Assembly: GCA_965205265.1 (NCBI GenBank)
Contig: CBDBGH010000003.1
Location: 3,488,001 to 3,552,000, forward strand
Direction: 5' to 3'
DNA length: 64,000 bases
Origin: Alphaproteobacteria bacterium
Lineage (GTDB): Bacteria; Pseudomonadota; Alphaproteobacteria; Bin95
A model generated the notes under the pieces. It was not told the origin of the DNA. It made no database searches and saw only the letters and a program-made list of their open reading frames with translations. Position numbers and translations under genes: made by a program. Positions 52,372-63,400 of this stretch are shown one piece after another (the stretch's first letter is position 1; every line of letters starts with the position of its first letter).

Positions 52372-52790
52372 TCAATCGGCGTCGGTCATGAAGCGGCGCA
52401 GCAGGCTTCGCCAGTCCAGCGCGGATGCATGGGCGGCGCGCACGGTCTCCTCGACGGCGCCGGGCATCCGGCCTTCGGCCCTGGCGAGGCTGGCGACCTG
52501 GTGCATGGCCTCGTCCCACGCCTGCTCCTCGGCGGCGAGAGCGCTCGGCGACGGGCCGGAGGCGTGGTCGTCCCCGTCGTCTCCGCCCCGGCCGGCAGGG
52601 GCATCCATGACCTCGCCGGTGCCGGCGGGATCGCAACTCGCCGGTGCATCGCCGGCGCCATCCTGTCCGGGTTCGCCCCGGCCGACAGGATCGCCGGCGT
52701 TGCCGCTATCGCCGTTGCCGGGCGGAGTGTCGTCCTCACCGGCGCTGCCGCCATCGCCGGACCCATCCGGTTCGGGTTACCGCGTCCCGT
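52372..52790 (-). pseudogene. Internal fragment of a DUF2201/VWA-associated metallopeptidase-like gene
   Basis: Gly/Asp linker then GEVMDAP...EQAWDEAMHQ...LDWRSLLRRFM. Confidence 0.55.
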
Positions 52791-52800
52791 TCGCTCGGGC

Positions 52801-52890
52801 TCACCCTGCGCCGGATCATCGACATGCACCCCCTGTCACGCATCGACGAACTCATGCCCTGGAACTTCGCCCCGACAATCCCGGGCCTCA
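52801..52890 (+). pseudogene. IS66 tnpC extreme 3' fragment
   Basis: TLRRIIDMHPLSRIDELMPWNFAPTIP matches the end of the 35015 ORF. Confidence 0.7.
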
Positions 52891-54058
52891 TACCAGCGGC
52901 TGAGGTTTGAGACTCATTGGGGGATTCCCAAGGAGAGCGGCTTCTGCCTCAATGCCGATCCTGCGATTGGAGGGTCGGTATAAGGGCGGGGACCCCGTTG
53001 AGGGACGATTTCGATGCGGCGCAGTTGCGCGTCCTGGCTCAGCGGAGCCGGGACAGCGCGCAGACCTGCCGCCTGCTTGCGCTTGCGGTGATTTACGACG
53101 GTGATCGTCGTTCGGACGCGGCGCGCTTTGCGGGCGTGGGCTTGCAGATCATCCGGGACTGGGTTCTTCGCTTCAATGCGGAAGGCCCGAAGGGTTTGAA
53201 GGATCGCAAGGCGTCGGGTCCGCCGCGCAAGCTGAGCGCGGCGCAGCGCGCGGCGCTGGCGGCGATCGTGGAGAGCGGTCCGGATCCGGCGATCCACGGC
53301 GTGGTGCGCTGGCGGCGCTGCGACCTGGCGGCATGGCTCAAGGAGCAGTTCGGCGTCTCCCTGGCGGAGACAACAGTCGGGCGGGAGCTGCGCCGGATGG
53401 GCTACGCGAAGCTCTCCGCGCGCCCGCGCCACTATGCCCAGGACGAAGCCGCTCTGGCGGCGTTCAAAAAAAGTTCCCGGACCGCCTGAGGGAGATACGC
53501 GCCACGCTGGACGACGGCGTCGAGGTCGAGGTCTGGTGGCAGGACGAGGCCCGTGTCGGGCAGAAGAACAAGATCACCCGGCGCTGGGCCAAACGCGGCA
53601 CCAGACCGTCAGCACCCAAGGACCAGAGGACGACCTCCGCCTATATCTTCGGCGCCATCTGTCCGAACAAAGGCAAGGTGGCCGCGCTCGTCATGCCCCA
53701 CGCCAACACGGACGCGCTCAACGCCCATCTCACCGAAATCAGCCTCGCCGTCGAACCCGGCGCCCATGCCGTCGTCATGCTCGATCAGGCCGGATGGCAC
53801 ACCTCCTCGACCCTCAAAGTGCCCGGCAATATCACACTCATGCCGCTCCCACCCCGGTCGCCCGAACTCAATCCCGTCGAGAACGTCTGGCAGTTCATGC
53901 GCGAAAACTGGCTCTCCAACCGCGTCTTCAAAAGCTACGACCATATCCTCGATCACTGCTGCCAAGCCTGGAACAATCTTGTCTCACAACCCGCGCGCAT
54001 CGCCTCCATCGGAACCCGAAAATGGGCCAATGGGTTCTAAACAGTGCCCGATGGTATA
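52891..54058 (+). mobile_element. IS630-family element; split transposase ~52980..53489 / ..54040 with A7G slippage site
   Basis: TACCA / TGGTA termini; HTH orfA; WQDEAR, MLDQAGWH, SPELNPVENVW; AAAAAAAG at ~53466. Confidence 0.9.
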
Positions 54059-54428
54059 CATCCGTGGCCGCGCCAGGATGAAGACCCGCGTCGGGCTCGC
54101 GCTGGCCGTGATGATGGCAATGGCCCTCGCTCAGGCCCGCACCAACCGCCCCGAGCGGATGCGCTCCCTGGTCGGCCCCGTGCCCTGGCGCGACACCGGC
54201 TGACCTCTGCCCCACCTCCCGACAGCCCCGCTCAACCGCGCCGCCCACCGGCCAGGGAAAAACCACGCCCGCAAACCCGATAACCTCCCGGTAATGTGCC
54301 GGTCAGGCCCCGAAAGCCCGCATCCTCACCGATCACGGAGACGGGAAGGACCATATCCGACCCCCAAAATCGACGCCCCCACCGCGAAAAATCACCACAG
54401 CGCACATCCCGGTGACGTAAGAATTTAT

Positions 54429-56123
54429 CCTAAATCCGGCGGTTGGAAGGCGTGATCGCCCTCTCGGCGCGGTTGGAATGGTCGATTTCGGGTTCGATTT
54501 CAGCACGCTGGCGCGGCCCGAGGGGGCGGCAGCCAGGGCTGATGGCCCGGCTCGCGGCCACGGAGGTATTTTTTGAGCGCTTCGGCGAGGATCCGGCGCC
54601 AGCGATCCTCGGCGCTCAACTGCTCCGCACTTTGCATCAGGGTCCGGAAGAAGCCGGCGATCCGCCGTAGAGCCGCGACCACCGTCTGCCTGCGCCCGTG
54701 GTGGGAGGTCACCGTCAGCCGGGTCTGGCCGGCATGACGGGTCTGGCGGGCGATGCCGTGCAACAGCAGCGGCCGGCTGGTGATCGCCTCGCGGTGGCGC
54801 TCGGGATCGGCGAGGCGGACGAACAGGCTCCACCAGTTGTAGATGAGCGCGATCAGCCGGGCCATGTGGCGGCAGCGCGTCAGGTCGCGCGTGGTGAAGC
54901 CGCCCCAGCCCCACTGGTTCTTCAGCTCATCGAAGCCGTTCTCCGCGTCGGCCCGGTCGCGGTAGAGCTGGGCCACAGAACGCACTTCGAGGTCGAGCGA
55001 GGTGGCCAGAACCGCGAACTCCCATACCCCGGTGCCGGGCTGCGCCTCGGTCCAGAACAGCTCGCCCTGGGCGGTGTCGCCGCGCGTCAGCGCCAGTGTC
55101 GCCGGAAGCCGGCGGCGCAGTACCACGACCCGGCGCAACCGGCTCCAGCCCTGCAAGCGCAGATCGGCCCCGATCCCCTGCCAGCCCTGGCCCGCATCCT
55201 CCCAGCCGTCCCGCGCCATCTGCCGCTCGGCAAGCCGGCGCGCGCCCCTGGTCAGGCGCAGCTTGAACAGATAGTCCAGACCCGCCGCCTCGCACGACGC
55301 CATGTTGCCCTTGCTGCCCCAGCCCTTGTCGCCCCGCACCAGGCGCGGCCAGCGATCCCGACCAAGACGGTCGAGCAAGGCCCACAGGGACGGTGCCGCC
55401 CGGTTCGAGCGGTGATGGTTGCCCGGCGCCACCTCGACATCCAGAACCAGCCGCGTGCCCGCCATCAGGAACGCATGGCAGGCGTGCGAGGGACGGCCCG
55501 GCTTCTTCGGGTTGTAGCTCACCACCGCCCCCTCCCGGTGGCCGTAGAGCGGCTTGATCGTCGTGTCGCAGTCCAGAACCCAAGGCTCGCTCAGCAGCGG
55601 GCGGACCGTGTCGTCGAGATGGCCCTGAAGCCGCGTTGTGCCCTCATCCGCCCCGATCCGCTCCAGACCGCGCCGGACCGAATCCTCGCTCGCGACCTTG
55701 CCCATCCCCAACAGCGCCGGGTTCACCCCGTCCCCGCGCAGCGCCGTGATGTGCGCATAGCCAGACTGGCCCGCGAGGATCGACAGCAGCACCGTCCCCA
55801 GAACGTCCCGCTTCAACGGCGCGTTCGGGCTCGTGTAGACGAGCGGGCAGTCCGCCACCAGCGCCTCGAAGCGACCGCTCACCTTCAGATATTCCGCGAA
55901 GAACGCCAGATGACCCAGCGGCGTCACCGCCGCATCCGGATCCCATTCGACATGAACCGTGCCGCCGAAGGTGTCCACCTTCACGGCCTCGCGTGCGAGG
56001 TCCCGCACAACCCCAGAACCCTCACCCGCAGGGTGAACCTCCCGGGGCTCTTCAAATCCGCTCATACCCGCAGTCTACAAGGGCCACGGCGAATCCAGAC
56101 CCCGATCAACTGCCGGATTTAGG
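54429..56123 (-). mobile_element. IS1380-like element, transposase 54500..56065, 5-bp TSD TTTAT
   Basis: IRs CCTAAATCCGGC; LDCDTT, VRGDKG, YRDRADAENGFDELK; TTTAT at 54424 and 56124. Confidence 0.85.
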
Positions 56124-56189
56124 TTTATGTGTCAGGCGGGAAGGGGGTACTCCCTGTGGTGATGACAACCACAAGCAGGAGCACCCCGC

Positions 56190-57383
56190 ATGTCCCAGCA
56201 AGCTGCGACGATCATGAGCCTACCGCAGGCGTTTGAGGTGGTGAAGGAGATGCAGGCAGACGGACTGGAGTGGGGCGAGGGTTATCGCCCGCTCGGGCGC
56301 CAGGCGCTGGCCGAGATCATCGAAGGTCGGATGGCCGAGGCGGTGGATCGCTGGCTCGACAACCTCGACGCCGGCGCGCTGCGCGACCGGCGCAACGGCA
56401 CCTACCGGCGCTGTCTGCTGAGCGAGCTTGGCGACATCGAGCTCAACGTGCCGCGCACCCGGCACTTCTGCCCGACCGGGGTTCTGAAGAGCTATGCAAG
56501 GCGCGCACCGGAGATCGACCGCGCCATCCTGGCCGGCTTCGTACTGGGGCTCTCGACGCGCAAGGTCGGCGAGGTCCTGCTCGCCCTGCTCGGACGCCCG
56601 GTCTCGGCTGCGACGGTGAGCCGGGTCGCCAGGACGCTCGACATGGCGGTCGCGGCCTTCCACCGCAGGCCGCTGAAGAACACCTACAAGGCGCTGATGC
56701 TCGACGGCGTGGTGCTGACCCGCAAGACCGGCGCCGGCGCGCTCAGGAGGCCGGTCCTGGTGGCGCTGGGCATCCGGCACGACGGCAGGAAGGAGATCAT
56801 CGACTTCCAGCTCGCCGGCAGCGAGAGCGCCGCGGAGTGGGAGCGCTTCCTCACCGCGCTGCACCGCCGCGGGCTCACCGGCGAGGGCCTCGAGATGATC
56901 TGCGTCGATGGCGGCAAGGGCCTGCTGGCCGCCTTGCCCTTCGTCTATCACGCCATCCCGGTCCAGAGGTGCTGGGCGCACAAGATGCGCAACATCCTCA
57001 ACAGGGTCCGCAAGGCCGACCAGGAGGCCGTCAAGGCCGATGTCCACGCCGTCATGAATGCCCCTAACCGCCGCAAGGCCCAGAGCGCCGCGCGGCGCTT
57101 CGCCGACCGCTGGCAGGGCACCTACCCCAAGGCCGTCGACTGCCTGCGCAACGATCTCGACGATCTGCTCACATGCTTCCGCTACAACACCCTTGACGAG
57201 CGAAAGCAGGTCAGGACCACCAACGCCATCGAACGAAGGTTCCGGGAGGTCCGCAGAAGAACACGGCCCATGGGAACCTTCCAGGATCGAACCTCAATGG
57301 ACCGCGTCCTCTACGCGGTCTTCATTCACGAAAACAAATCTCAGGGAATCACTACCCCTCTCTCCCTGACACATAACTCTTGA
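56190..57383 (+). CDS. IS256-family transposase
   Basis: RRNG, GLSTRKV, LMLDGV, CVDG, QRCWAH, RTTNAIERRFREVRRR. Confidence 0.93.
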   Translation: MSQQAATIMSLPQAFEVVKEMQADGLEWGEGYRPLGRQALAEIIEGRMAEAVDRWLDNLDAGALRDRRNGTYRRCLLSELGDIELNVPRTRHFCPTGVLKSYARRAPEIDRAILAGFVLGLSTRKVGEVLLALLGRPVSAATVSRVARTLDMAVAAFHRRPLKNTYKALMLDGVVLTRKTGAGALRRPVLVALGIRHDGRKEIIDFQLAGSESAAEWERFLTALHRRGLTGEGLEMICVDGGKGLLAALPFVYHAIPVQRCWAHKMRNILNRVRKADQEAVKADVHAVMNAPNRRKAQSAARRFADRWQGTYPKAVDCLRNDLDDLLTCFRYNTLDERKQVRTTNAIERRFREVRRRTRPMGTFQDRTSMDRVLYAVFIHENKSQGITTPLSLTHNS

Positions 57384-57501
57384 CGTTACCGGACACATCC
57401 CTGCGTGTTGGAGTCCCGATTACAAATGATGTAAAATACGCATAGGTTGGATTGCGATCCTCCTGTATTGGTACTCATTGTGGACAGTCCTGGTGCAAAG
57501 C

Positions 57502-57702
57502 ATGCCACAGAAGGAGCCGCTAATCCGCGTAACGGTCAGCTTGGATTCCAAGGACTATGCGGAACTGGGCACCCTATCCGAGCAGACCGAAATTTCACGA
57601 TCCTGGCTGATCCGGCAAGCGATCAGAGACTTGCTTGAGCGATGCCGGGATCGGGATCAGCCGGAACTTCCGCTGTGGCTGGCTCAACGGAAGAGCAGGT
57701 AG
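57502..57702 (+). CDS. Ribbon-helix-helix (CopG-like) regulator
   Basis: RVTVSLD...LSEQTEISRSWLIRQAIRDLL. Confidence 0.82.
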   Translation: MPQKEPLIRVTVSLDSKDYAELGTLSEQTEISRSWLIRQAIRDLLERCRDRDQPELPLWLAQRKSR

Positions 57703-59910
57703 TTGGCGGCCTTGGGGGAGACGAACGAAATGGGGCCGCCGGAGTCGGCTGCCGTCCCGCCGGACCTGCCGCCGGCTGTAGTCGCACCCTTGGCGCAGCG
57801 CCATCGGTTTGCGGTTCCTGGGCGTGGACACGTCTTGACGACCGTTTCCGAGGAGCACGGACGTCCGGTGCGCGCGGCCGTCGCGGTGCTTGCGGCTGCG
57901 CTTGAGGACGAGGATTGCGCGAGGGTCCATCGATCCATTTTGTCCCGGCGCATTCGTGAGCCTGGGGCATGGGTTGTTCGGTCCCATTCCGAATTGCTGG
58001 CCTGGACCCTTGTCTCGGCGTGGCTCACGGGCTTTGCGACGGGCCGGATCGCACAAGGCGCCGGGATAGAAGAGGGGGTTCTGTGGTTCTTCGACGGGGC
58101 TTCGGATGTCGATCCGGCGGGGTTGGTTCCCATGCGTGCGGCGGCGCGGGTCGATGAGGCGCTTGCTGCATGCGGAGATGCGCTCGCCTATCTTGAGTTG
58201 CTGCCATATGTGCTTGATCCGCATGGCCCGGGCAGCCGTCTGAGTGTCCGACGTGATGCGGGGACCCGAAGCGCTCGCGACCGGAAGCGCGCCGAAGGGG
58301 TCTATTACACGCCTGCCGACGTGGCGGGCTTCATGGTGCGGGGATGCGTGGAAGGGCTCGTCGAGCGAGACTGCCCGCCAGCGTTCCTCGACCCGGCCTG
58401 CGGCACGGCGGTCTTCCTGCGCGCCGCGCTCGCGGCGCTCAAGTCGGGTTGGCCGGATCGTGATGCACGATGGCTTGCCGAGCGATGTCTCTACGGTACG
58501 GACATTGACCCCTGGGCACTCGATGCTGCGGCGTTCGTTATCCTCGCCGATTGCCTGAACGCTGGTGGGAGCGACGATGGTTCGCCGCTGTTGCTGTGGC
58601 ATCGGCTGCGTCTCAATCTTGCCCGTGTCGATGCGTTGCGGCTCGATCCCGCGGATGGGGAAATGCACGCGGCGTCGGACTCCGGGGGCGGGATCGTCGC
58701 TGCGCTGGCGTCGGGGCAGTTGCCTACGGCGGATGAAGGGAGTGTATTCGAGGATCGGGTTCGTCTTTCCCGGCTCTTCTCGAACATGCCGGCCACCGGG
58801 GTCGTCATCGTAGGGAATCCACCCTATTCGAGCGTGGGAGAGCGCGAAGACCTCCATACTCTGAGAAGGACATTCTCCAGCCTTGGGGCGACGGGCAGCG
58901 CGTCGTCGGAGATCTATCCGCTATTCGTGGAGCAAATGGTACGGCTCGCGGAAGGCAAGCAGGCTGCGGGGACGCTGGTACTACCGATGTCGCTGGCCAG
59001 CAATGTAGGTAATCAGTTCGCCAATACCCGGTCCCTGATGGGGAATACTCCCGGAAGGTGGCGATTCGCATTCTTCGACCGGGAGCCGCACGCGCTGTTT
59101 GGCGAAGACGTCAAGACGCGCAACTCCATCATCTTCTGGCATCGAGACGGGAAGGAGTGCGGGACCGAGATCGAATCCGGCCCGCTGCAAAAATGGCGCG
59201 GTGACCGCCGGGCCTCCATGTTCGCCGCGATCCGATTTACCCCGGTGGCCGGAACAATCCGCTCCGGCATCCCAAAGATTGACGGCACATGCCAGGCGCG
59301 TGCCTTCGAGTTGCTCGCCGCACGATGGGAGCGGTTCGATCACGCTTGCGCGGAGATACGTCGCATGCCGCTGGCGTGTGTCCTGAGACGCGACGAAGAA
59401 GCGGTGTTCGTGGGTGCAACGGCCTACAATTTCCTGAACGTCTTCCTGAAACCGCCGCCGGGAGTGCTGGACGGGGCGCCGGCGCTCTCCGAGCACCCTC
59501 TGCATGTGATGCAGTTCTCGAATCGGGAAGACGCTGCTGCCGCATTCGCCGTGCTATCGAGCCATCTCGCCTATTGGTGGTGGCTCAGCACACAGGACGG
59601 CTTTCATGTGACCGGGCGCTTTCTCGCCGGCCTGCCCTTCGGTGCCGATGCCTTGTCCGGTACCGCGCGCTCTGCCTTGGCGGCCTGCGGGGAGAGGCTT
59701 TGGTCGCTCATGCGCGCATATCCGATCATCAGCCTCAACCGGGGCCGGTCATCGCTAGCCTATTCGCCGAACGGCTTCGACGAAGAGCGCAGCCAAATTG
59801 ATCGGATCCTGGCTGGGCTGGCCGGGCTCGAACCGGCCTTCGCCATCGAATTGCAGCACTTTACGGCCTGTGCCGTTCGGGCCGAACCACGTTCGGCTCC
59901 CAACACGTAA
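57703..59910 (+). CDS. N6-adenine DNA methyltransferase (gamma class) with long C-terminal specificity region; start uncertain
   Basis: GVYYTP, DPACGTAVFL, YGTDID, VGNPPY. Confidence 0.85.
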   Translation: MAALGETNEMGPPESAAVPPDLPPAVVAPLAQRHRFAVPGRGHVLTTVSEEHGRPVRAAVAVLAAALEDEDCARVHRSILSRRIREPGAWVVRSHSELLAWTLVSAWLTGFATGRIAQGAGIEEGVLWFFDGASDVDPAGLVPMRAAARVDEALAACGDALAYLELLPYVLDPHGPGSRLSVRRDAGTRSARDRKRAEGVYYTPADVAGFMVRGCVEGLVERDCPPAFLDPACGTAVFLRAALAALKSGWPDRDARWLAERCLYGTDIDPWALDAAAFVILADCLNAGGSDDGSPLLLWHRLRLNLARVDALRLDPADGEMHAASDSGGGIVAALASGQLPTADEGSVFEDRVRLSRLFSNMPATGVVIVGNPPYSSVGEREDLHTLRRTFSSLGATGSASSEIYPLFVEQMVRLAEGKQAAGTLVLPMSLASNVGNQFANTRSLMGNTPGRWRFAFFDREPHALFGEDVKTRNSIIFWHRDGKECGTEIESGPLQKWRGDRRASMFAAIRFTPVAGTIRSGIPKIDGTCQARAFELLAARWERFDHACAEIRRMPLACVLRRDEEAVFVGATAYNFLNVFLKPPPGVLDGAPALSEHPLHVMQFSNREDAAAAFAVLSSHLAYWWWLSTQDGFHVTGRFLAGLPFGADALSGTARSALAACGERLWSLMRAYPIISLNRGRSSLAYSPNGFDEERSQIDRILAGLAGLEPAFAIELQHFTACAVRAEPRSAPNT

Positions 59911-59927
59911 CGTCGCGAGGAAGGCAG

Positions 59928-60848
59928 ATGACCGTTCGTATTGATCCGGCTGTAAAGGAAAGGAGCAGGATCACCAAGGAGGAGTGGCGGGAATACACGA
60001 AGACGGTCTGGACGATCGCGAATACCCGACGCGACGATCATCCCGCGGTGTTCCCCGACGAAATTCCGCACCGCCTGATAAAGCTGTTCAGCTTCTACGG
60101 GGAAACAGTCCTCGACCCCTTCGCAGGGACGGGCACGACTGCTCGCGCCGCTATCCCGTTGGGACGGCGCGCGGCCTGCGTCGACCAGAACGGCGACTAC
60201 ATCCAGACGATCAGGAAGGAATGCCGCAAGCTGCATAACGGCCACGATCCGGACGTAGAACCTCTCCAGGTCGTACACGGCGACAGCCGCAACATGGAGT
60301 TCATGCCGGACGATAGCGTGGGATTGATCGTCACCAGCCCTCCGTACTGGGACAAGGCGAATTACGGCAAGAGCAGGACGAACCTCGGTAACAGAGAAAA
60401 CTACGTCGACTTCCTGACCTCGCTGCGGCCCGTGTTCCAGGAATGCCTCCGAGTGCTCATGCCCGGGCGCAAGATTTGCGTGGTGACGGCCAACGTCAAT
60501 CAGTACACGGAGCATGGACTGCTGACTTTCCCCCTCGCCACGGACTTTGCGCTTCTGCTGCGCGAGCTGGGTTTCGTCATGGTCAACGAGATCATCTGGT
60601 CTAAGGACAGGTCGGGGGGCAAGTGGGGAAGCTACGGCGCTCAGCGCCCCATTTTCGGCAGCTATCCCTATCCTCCGAATTTCCTGTTCAAGAACGTGCA
60701 CGAGTATATCCTGATCTTCTCGAAACCCGGACTGACCAAGAAGAAGGGCGCGAAGGTACGGTGCTACGAGGACCTGATGGCGGGGTATGACTCAATTGGG
60801 AAGGCGCCGCGGCCGGGAGATGGAGGGACGGCCCGGTCTCTCCGATGA
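59928..60848 (+). CDS. Amino (probably N4-cytosine) DNA methyltransferase
   Basis: HPAVFP..VLDPFAGTGTT followed by IVTSPPYW; GAGG RBS. Confidence 0.9.
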   Translation: MTVRIDPAVKERSRITKEEWREYTKTVWTIANTRRDDHPAVFPDEIPHRLIKLFSFYGETVLDPFAGTGTTARAAIPLGRRAACVDQNGDYIQTIRKECRKLHNGHDPDVEPLQVVHGDSRNMEFMPDDSVGLIVTSPPYWDKANYGKSRTNLGNRENYVDFLTSLRPVFQECLRVLMPGRKICVVTANVNQYTEHGLLTFPLATDFALLLRELGFVMVNEIIWSKDRSGGKWGSYGAQRPIFGSYPYPPNFLFKNVHEYILIFSKPGLTKKKGAKVRCYEDLMAGYDSIGKAPRPGDGGTARSLR

Positions 60849-60881
60849 TCGATGGATGAGATGACGGCGAAGGCGTAGACA

Positions 60882-61994
60882 GTGCATCTCAGCGTCTTCA
60901 TTCAGGATCCGACCCATAGCGGGACGACCTATCTGTACGAGGCGATCCTCGCTGCCGCAGCGAGAGCGTCGGACTGGCGAGGACTGTATGCATTTGCGAC
61001 GCGCGACGGGGTCGATCACCTGATCGAGGACCAGGTGGTCCACGATCTCATGGACGGGGGAGGTGAGATCGACCTTGTCGTCGGGGTCGACGCGGTGACG
61101 AACCGGGCGACGCTTGAGCGAATGCAGGAACTCGAACGGCGCCACGCGAACTTTCGACCGAAGGTGTTCTGGAACGAACATCACGGGTTGTTTCATCCCA
61201 AGATTTCGGACTTCGGACTGAAAGACGGCGGAAGAATCCTGATCGTCGGGTCAGGGAACCTGACTCCGGGCGGACTCATGGGGAACTTCGAGGCCTATAC
61301 GGTCATAACTGCTGAGAGTGGGGACGGGATCGATATGGGCGCGATCGAGGAGTTCCTTGATCGCCATGGCGACAGCATCAGAATCATCGACGAGGAAGTG
61401 CTCCAACGGGCGGCCCGTAACCTCGTTCGTCCTATCGGAGGAGGAGGTCGCCGTGGCGTTCGCGTGCGTCGGGCGCGCGCGGCGCCGGGCGCACCCGGGG
61501 TCCGTGCTGCGACAGACTTCGAACGAATACTGCTCGCGCAAGTGCCGCGCGCTGGCGGCAGATGGGCCCAGGTTCACTTCAACGCCCAGGTGATCGGGGA
61601 CTATTTCCGCCTGAGGCGGTTTGAAACTGAGCGAGTTTATCTGACGCGTGTGTCCGCGAACGCCACGCGGAACGAAGTCGAGGTACGCCGCTGCGTCTTC
61701 AGCGCAGGTTCGAACAGGAATCACAAGATCGAAATCGGCGCCGCCAGACACCTTCCCTATCCCCAGGGAGGGCCCCCCTTGCTCGTCTTCCGGGAACGTC
61801 AACTGAGGACCTACGACTACATGCTGCTTATGCCCGGCGAGAATGGTTACGGTCCGGTTCTGGACCTGAGCAATCGCCTGCCGTCGCCAGGACGAGGATT
61901 TCCGCGCCCGGTCACTGACAGGGCTGAGCTGGGCCGCGCGTGGCCCGATTGTCCGCTGCTGCACATGCCTGAAGCTGACGACCAGGATCTGTGA
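60882..61994 (+). CDS. Phospholipase D-family nuclease (BfiI-like putative restriction endonuclease)
   Basis: YAFAT, FHPK, VGSGNLT..GL.GNFE; separate C-terminal domain after a Gly/Arg linker. Confidence 0.78.
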   Translation: MHLSVFIQDPTHSGTTYLYEAILAAAARASDWRGLYAFATRDGVDHLIEDQVVHDLMDGGGEIDLVVGVDAVTNRATLERMQELERRHANFRPKVFWNEHHGLFHPKISDFGLKDGGRILIVGSGNLTPGGLMGNFEAYTVITAESGDGIDMGAIEEFLDRHGDSIRIIDEEVLQRAARNLVRPIGGGGRRGVRVRRARAAPGAPGVRAATDFERILLAQVPRAGGRWAQVHFNAQVIGDYFRLRRFETERVYLTRVSANATRNEVEVRRCVFSAGSNRNHKIEIGAARHLPYPQGGPPLLVFRERQLRTYDYMLLMPGENGYGPVLDLSNRLPSPGRGFPRPVTDRAELGRAWPDCPLLHMPEADDQDL

Positions 61995-62049
61995 GGTCGT
62001 GGCGGGCATTGCGCCGGAACCAGAGGGGTGCACGTCGTATTTGTGAGAT

Positions 62050-63400
62050 TCATGGTATTGCGCCGGCTCGTCGTTCCCAGAAGTCGTCGAAGCGATTGCT
62101 CTCGACGGCGCAGCGCAGGGCGATGATGGCGTTGGCGCCGTTGACGGTCCAGCGCATACCTCCCTGCTTGAGGCGGGCGCCGACGATGTTCTTGCAGCCG
62201 CCCTCGACCACGCCGCTGGCCACGCACAAGCCCATCGCGCGGAACTTCGGGTAGTTCATGCGCTCGCGGTTGTTGGAGAAGTACTCGGCGTTCTTCCGGG
62301 CGTTCTCGCAAGTTTCGGCATGGCCCTTGAGGGCGGCGATCACCTCGTCGACGCGGCCCTCGTCGAGTTCCTCGCGCCGCTTCCCGGCCCATCGCTCACC
62401 GATCTCGCTGCCGATCCCGTAGATCGCCTTGGCTGCGTCGAACAGGTGGCCCTTGGCATGGAAGATGTCGACGATCTGGATGGCGTCGGGGAAGTGCTCA
62501 TCGGCGAAGTTCCAGATCCACGGCGCGCCGTCGCCGAGGATGACCCGGCGCTCGGCCGTGTCGAAGCCGCGGCGTTCGGCCTCGCGGATGACACGCCGGG
62601 CGAAGGGCGCGGGCTCGGGGTCGAACTCGCGGGTGGCGATGGATTCGATGGCGGCGTTGTAGGTGGCGGAGCCGGGATCGCGCACCGGACGCCCCTCCCT
62701 GTCGACGGTCTCCGCCGACCACACGACGGCGAGCTTGGCCTCGCGGGTGCTGGCGGAGCCGTCGGGCTGCTTGCCCGCGCGGCCCTCGACCTCGGTCTTG
62801 CGCGCCGGCACGCCGGTGCCGTCGAGGCCGAGATAGAGGGTGGGGGCGTCGGACGGCTCGGGTTCGATCACGCGGCATTCGTCGCCTGCGATCTCTCGCC
62901 CGAGCGCCTCGGCATGGCGTTCGACCGTCTTCGGCGCGACAGCCAGGCCTGCCAGTTCGCGCAACAGGGCGCTGGAGCCCTCGAAGCTGGTACGGGCAGC
63001 AGCAACGCCGATCATGCGCAGCGCCGCCGGTGAGAGGAAAGTATCTTCCATGCCGAGGGTTCGATCACGCGGGCTGAAGCCGCGGTGGCAACGGTCGCAG
63101 TGATACCAGGCGCGCTCCAGCGTCAGAGGGCCGAGAGCGGTGGTGAAGGTCTTGGGCCGGCGGCCGGCGAAGCGCGCCTCGCCGCCGCACGCACACGACA
63201 GCCACGGTCCCCGGTTGTCGGAACGGTCGGCATTGAGCCTGTGGGCGACGGCCTGCCCCATGATCTGCAACGCAACCCGCCGCGCTTCGATCTCGATCGC
63301 CTGGAAGTCATCGACGACGCCCGCGCCGATCAGCCACTCGACCTCGGCCTCGACCTCCTCCGCGATCGCTGCGTCGAGACCCCCCTTTTTCCCGGCGCGG
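62050..63400 (-). CDS. ISKra4 transposase (probably expressed by frameshift from the upstream ORF)
   Basis: GLDGTG, GDGAPWIW, DIFHA, SGVVEGGCK..RLKQGGMRW; GGGAAAAAGGGGG in the overlap. Confidence 0.88.

Larger units (their letters stand above)
54411..57390 (+). mobile_element. IS256-family element whose left IR is interrupted by an IS1380-like element
   Basis: IRL GGTGACGTAAGAATTTAT/GTGTCAGG and IRR CCTGACACATAACTCTTGACGTTACC. Confidence 0.88.
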
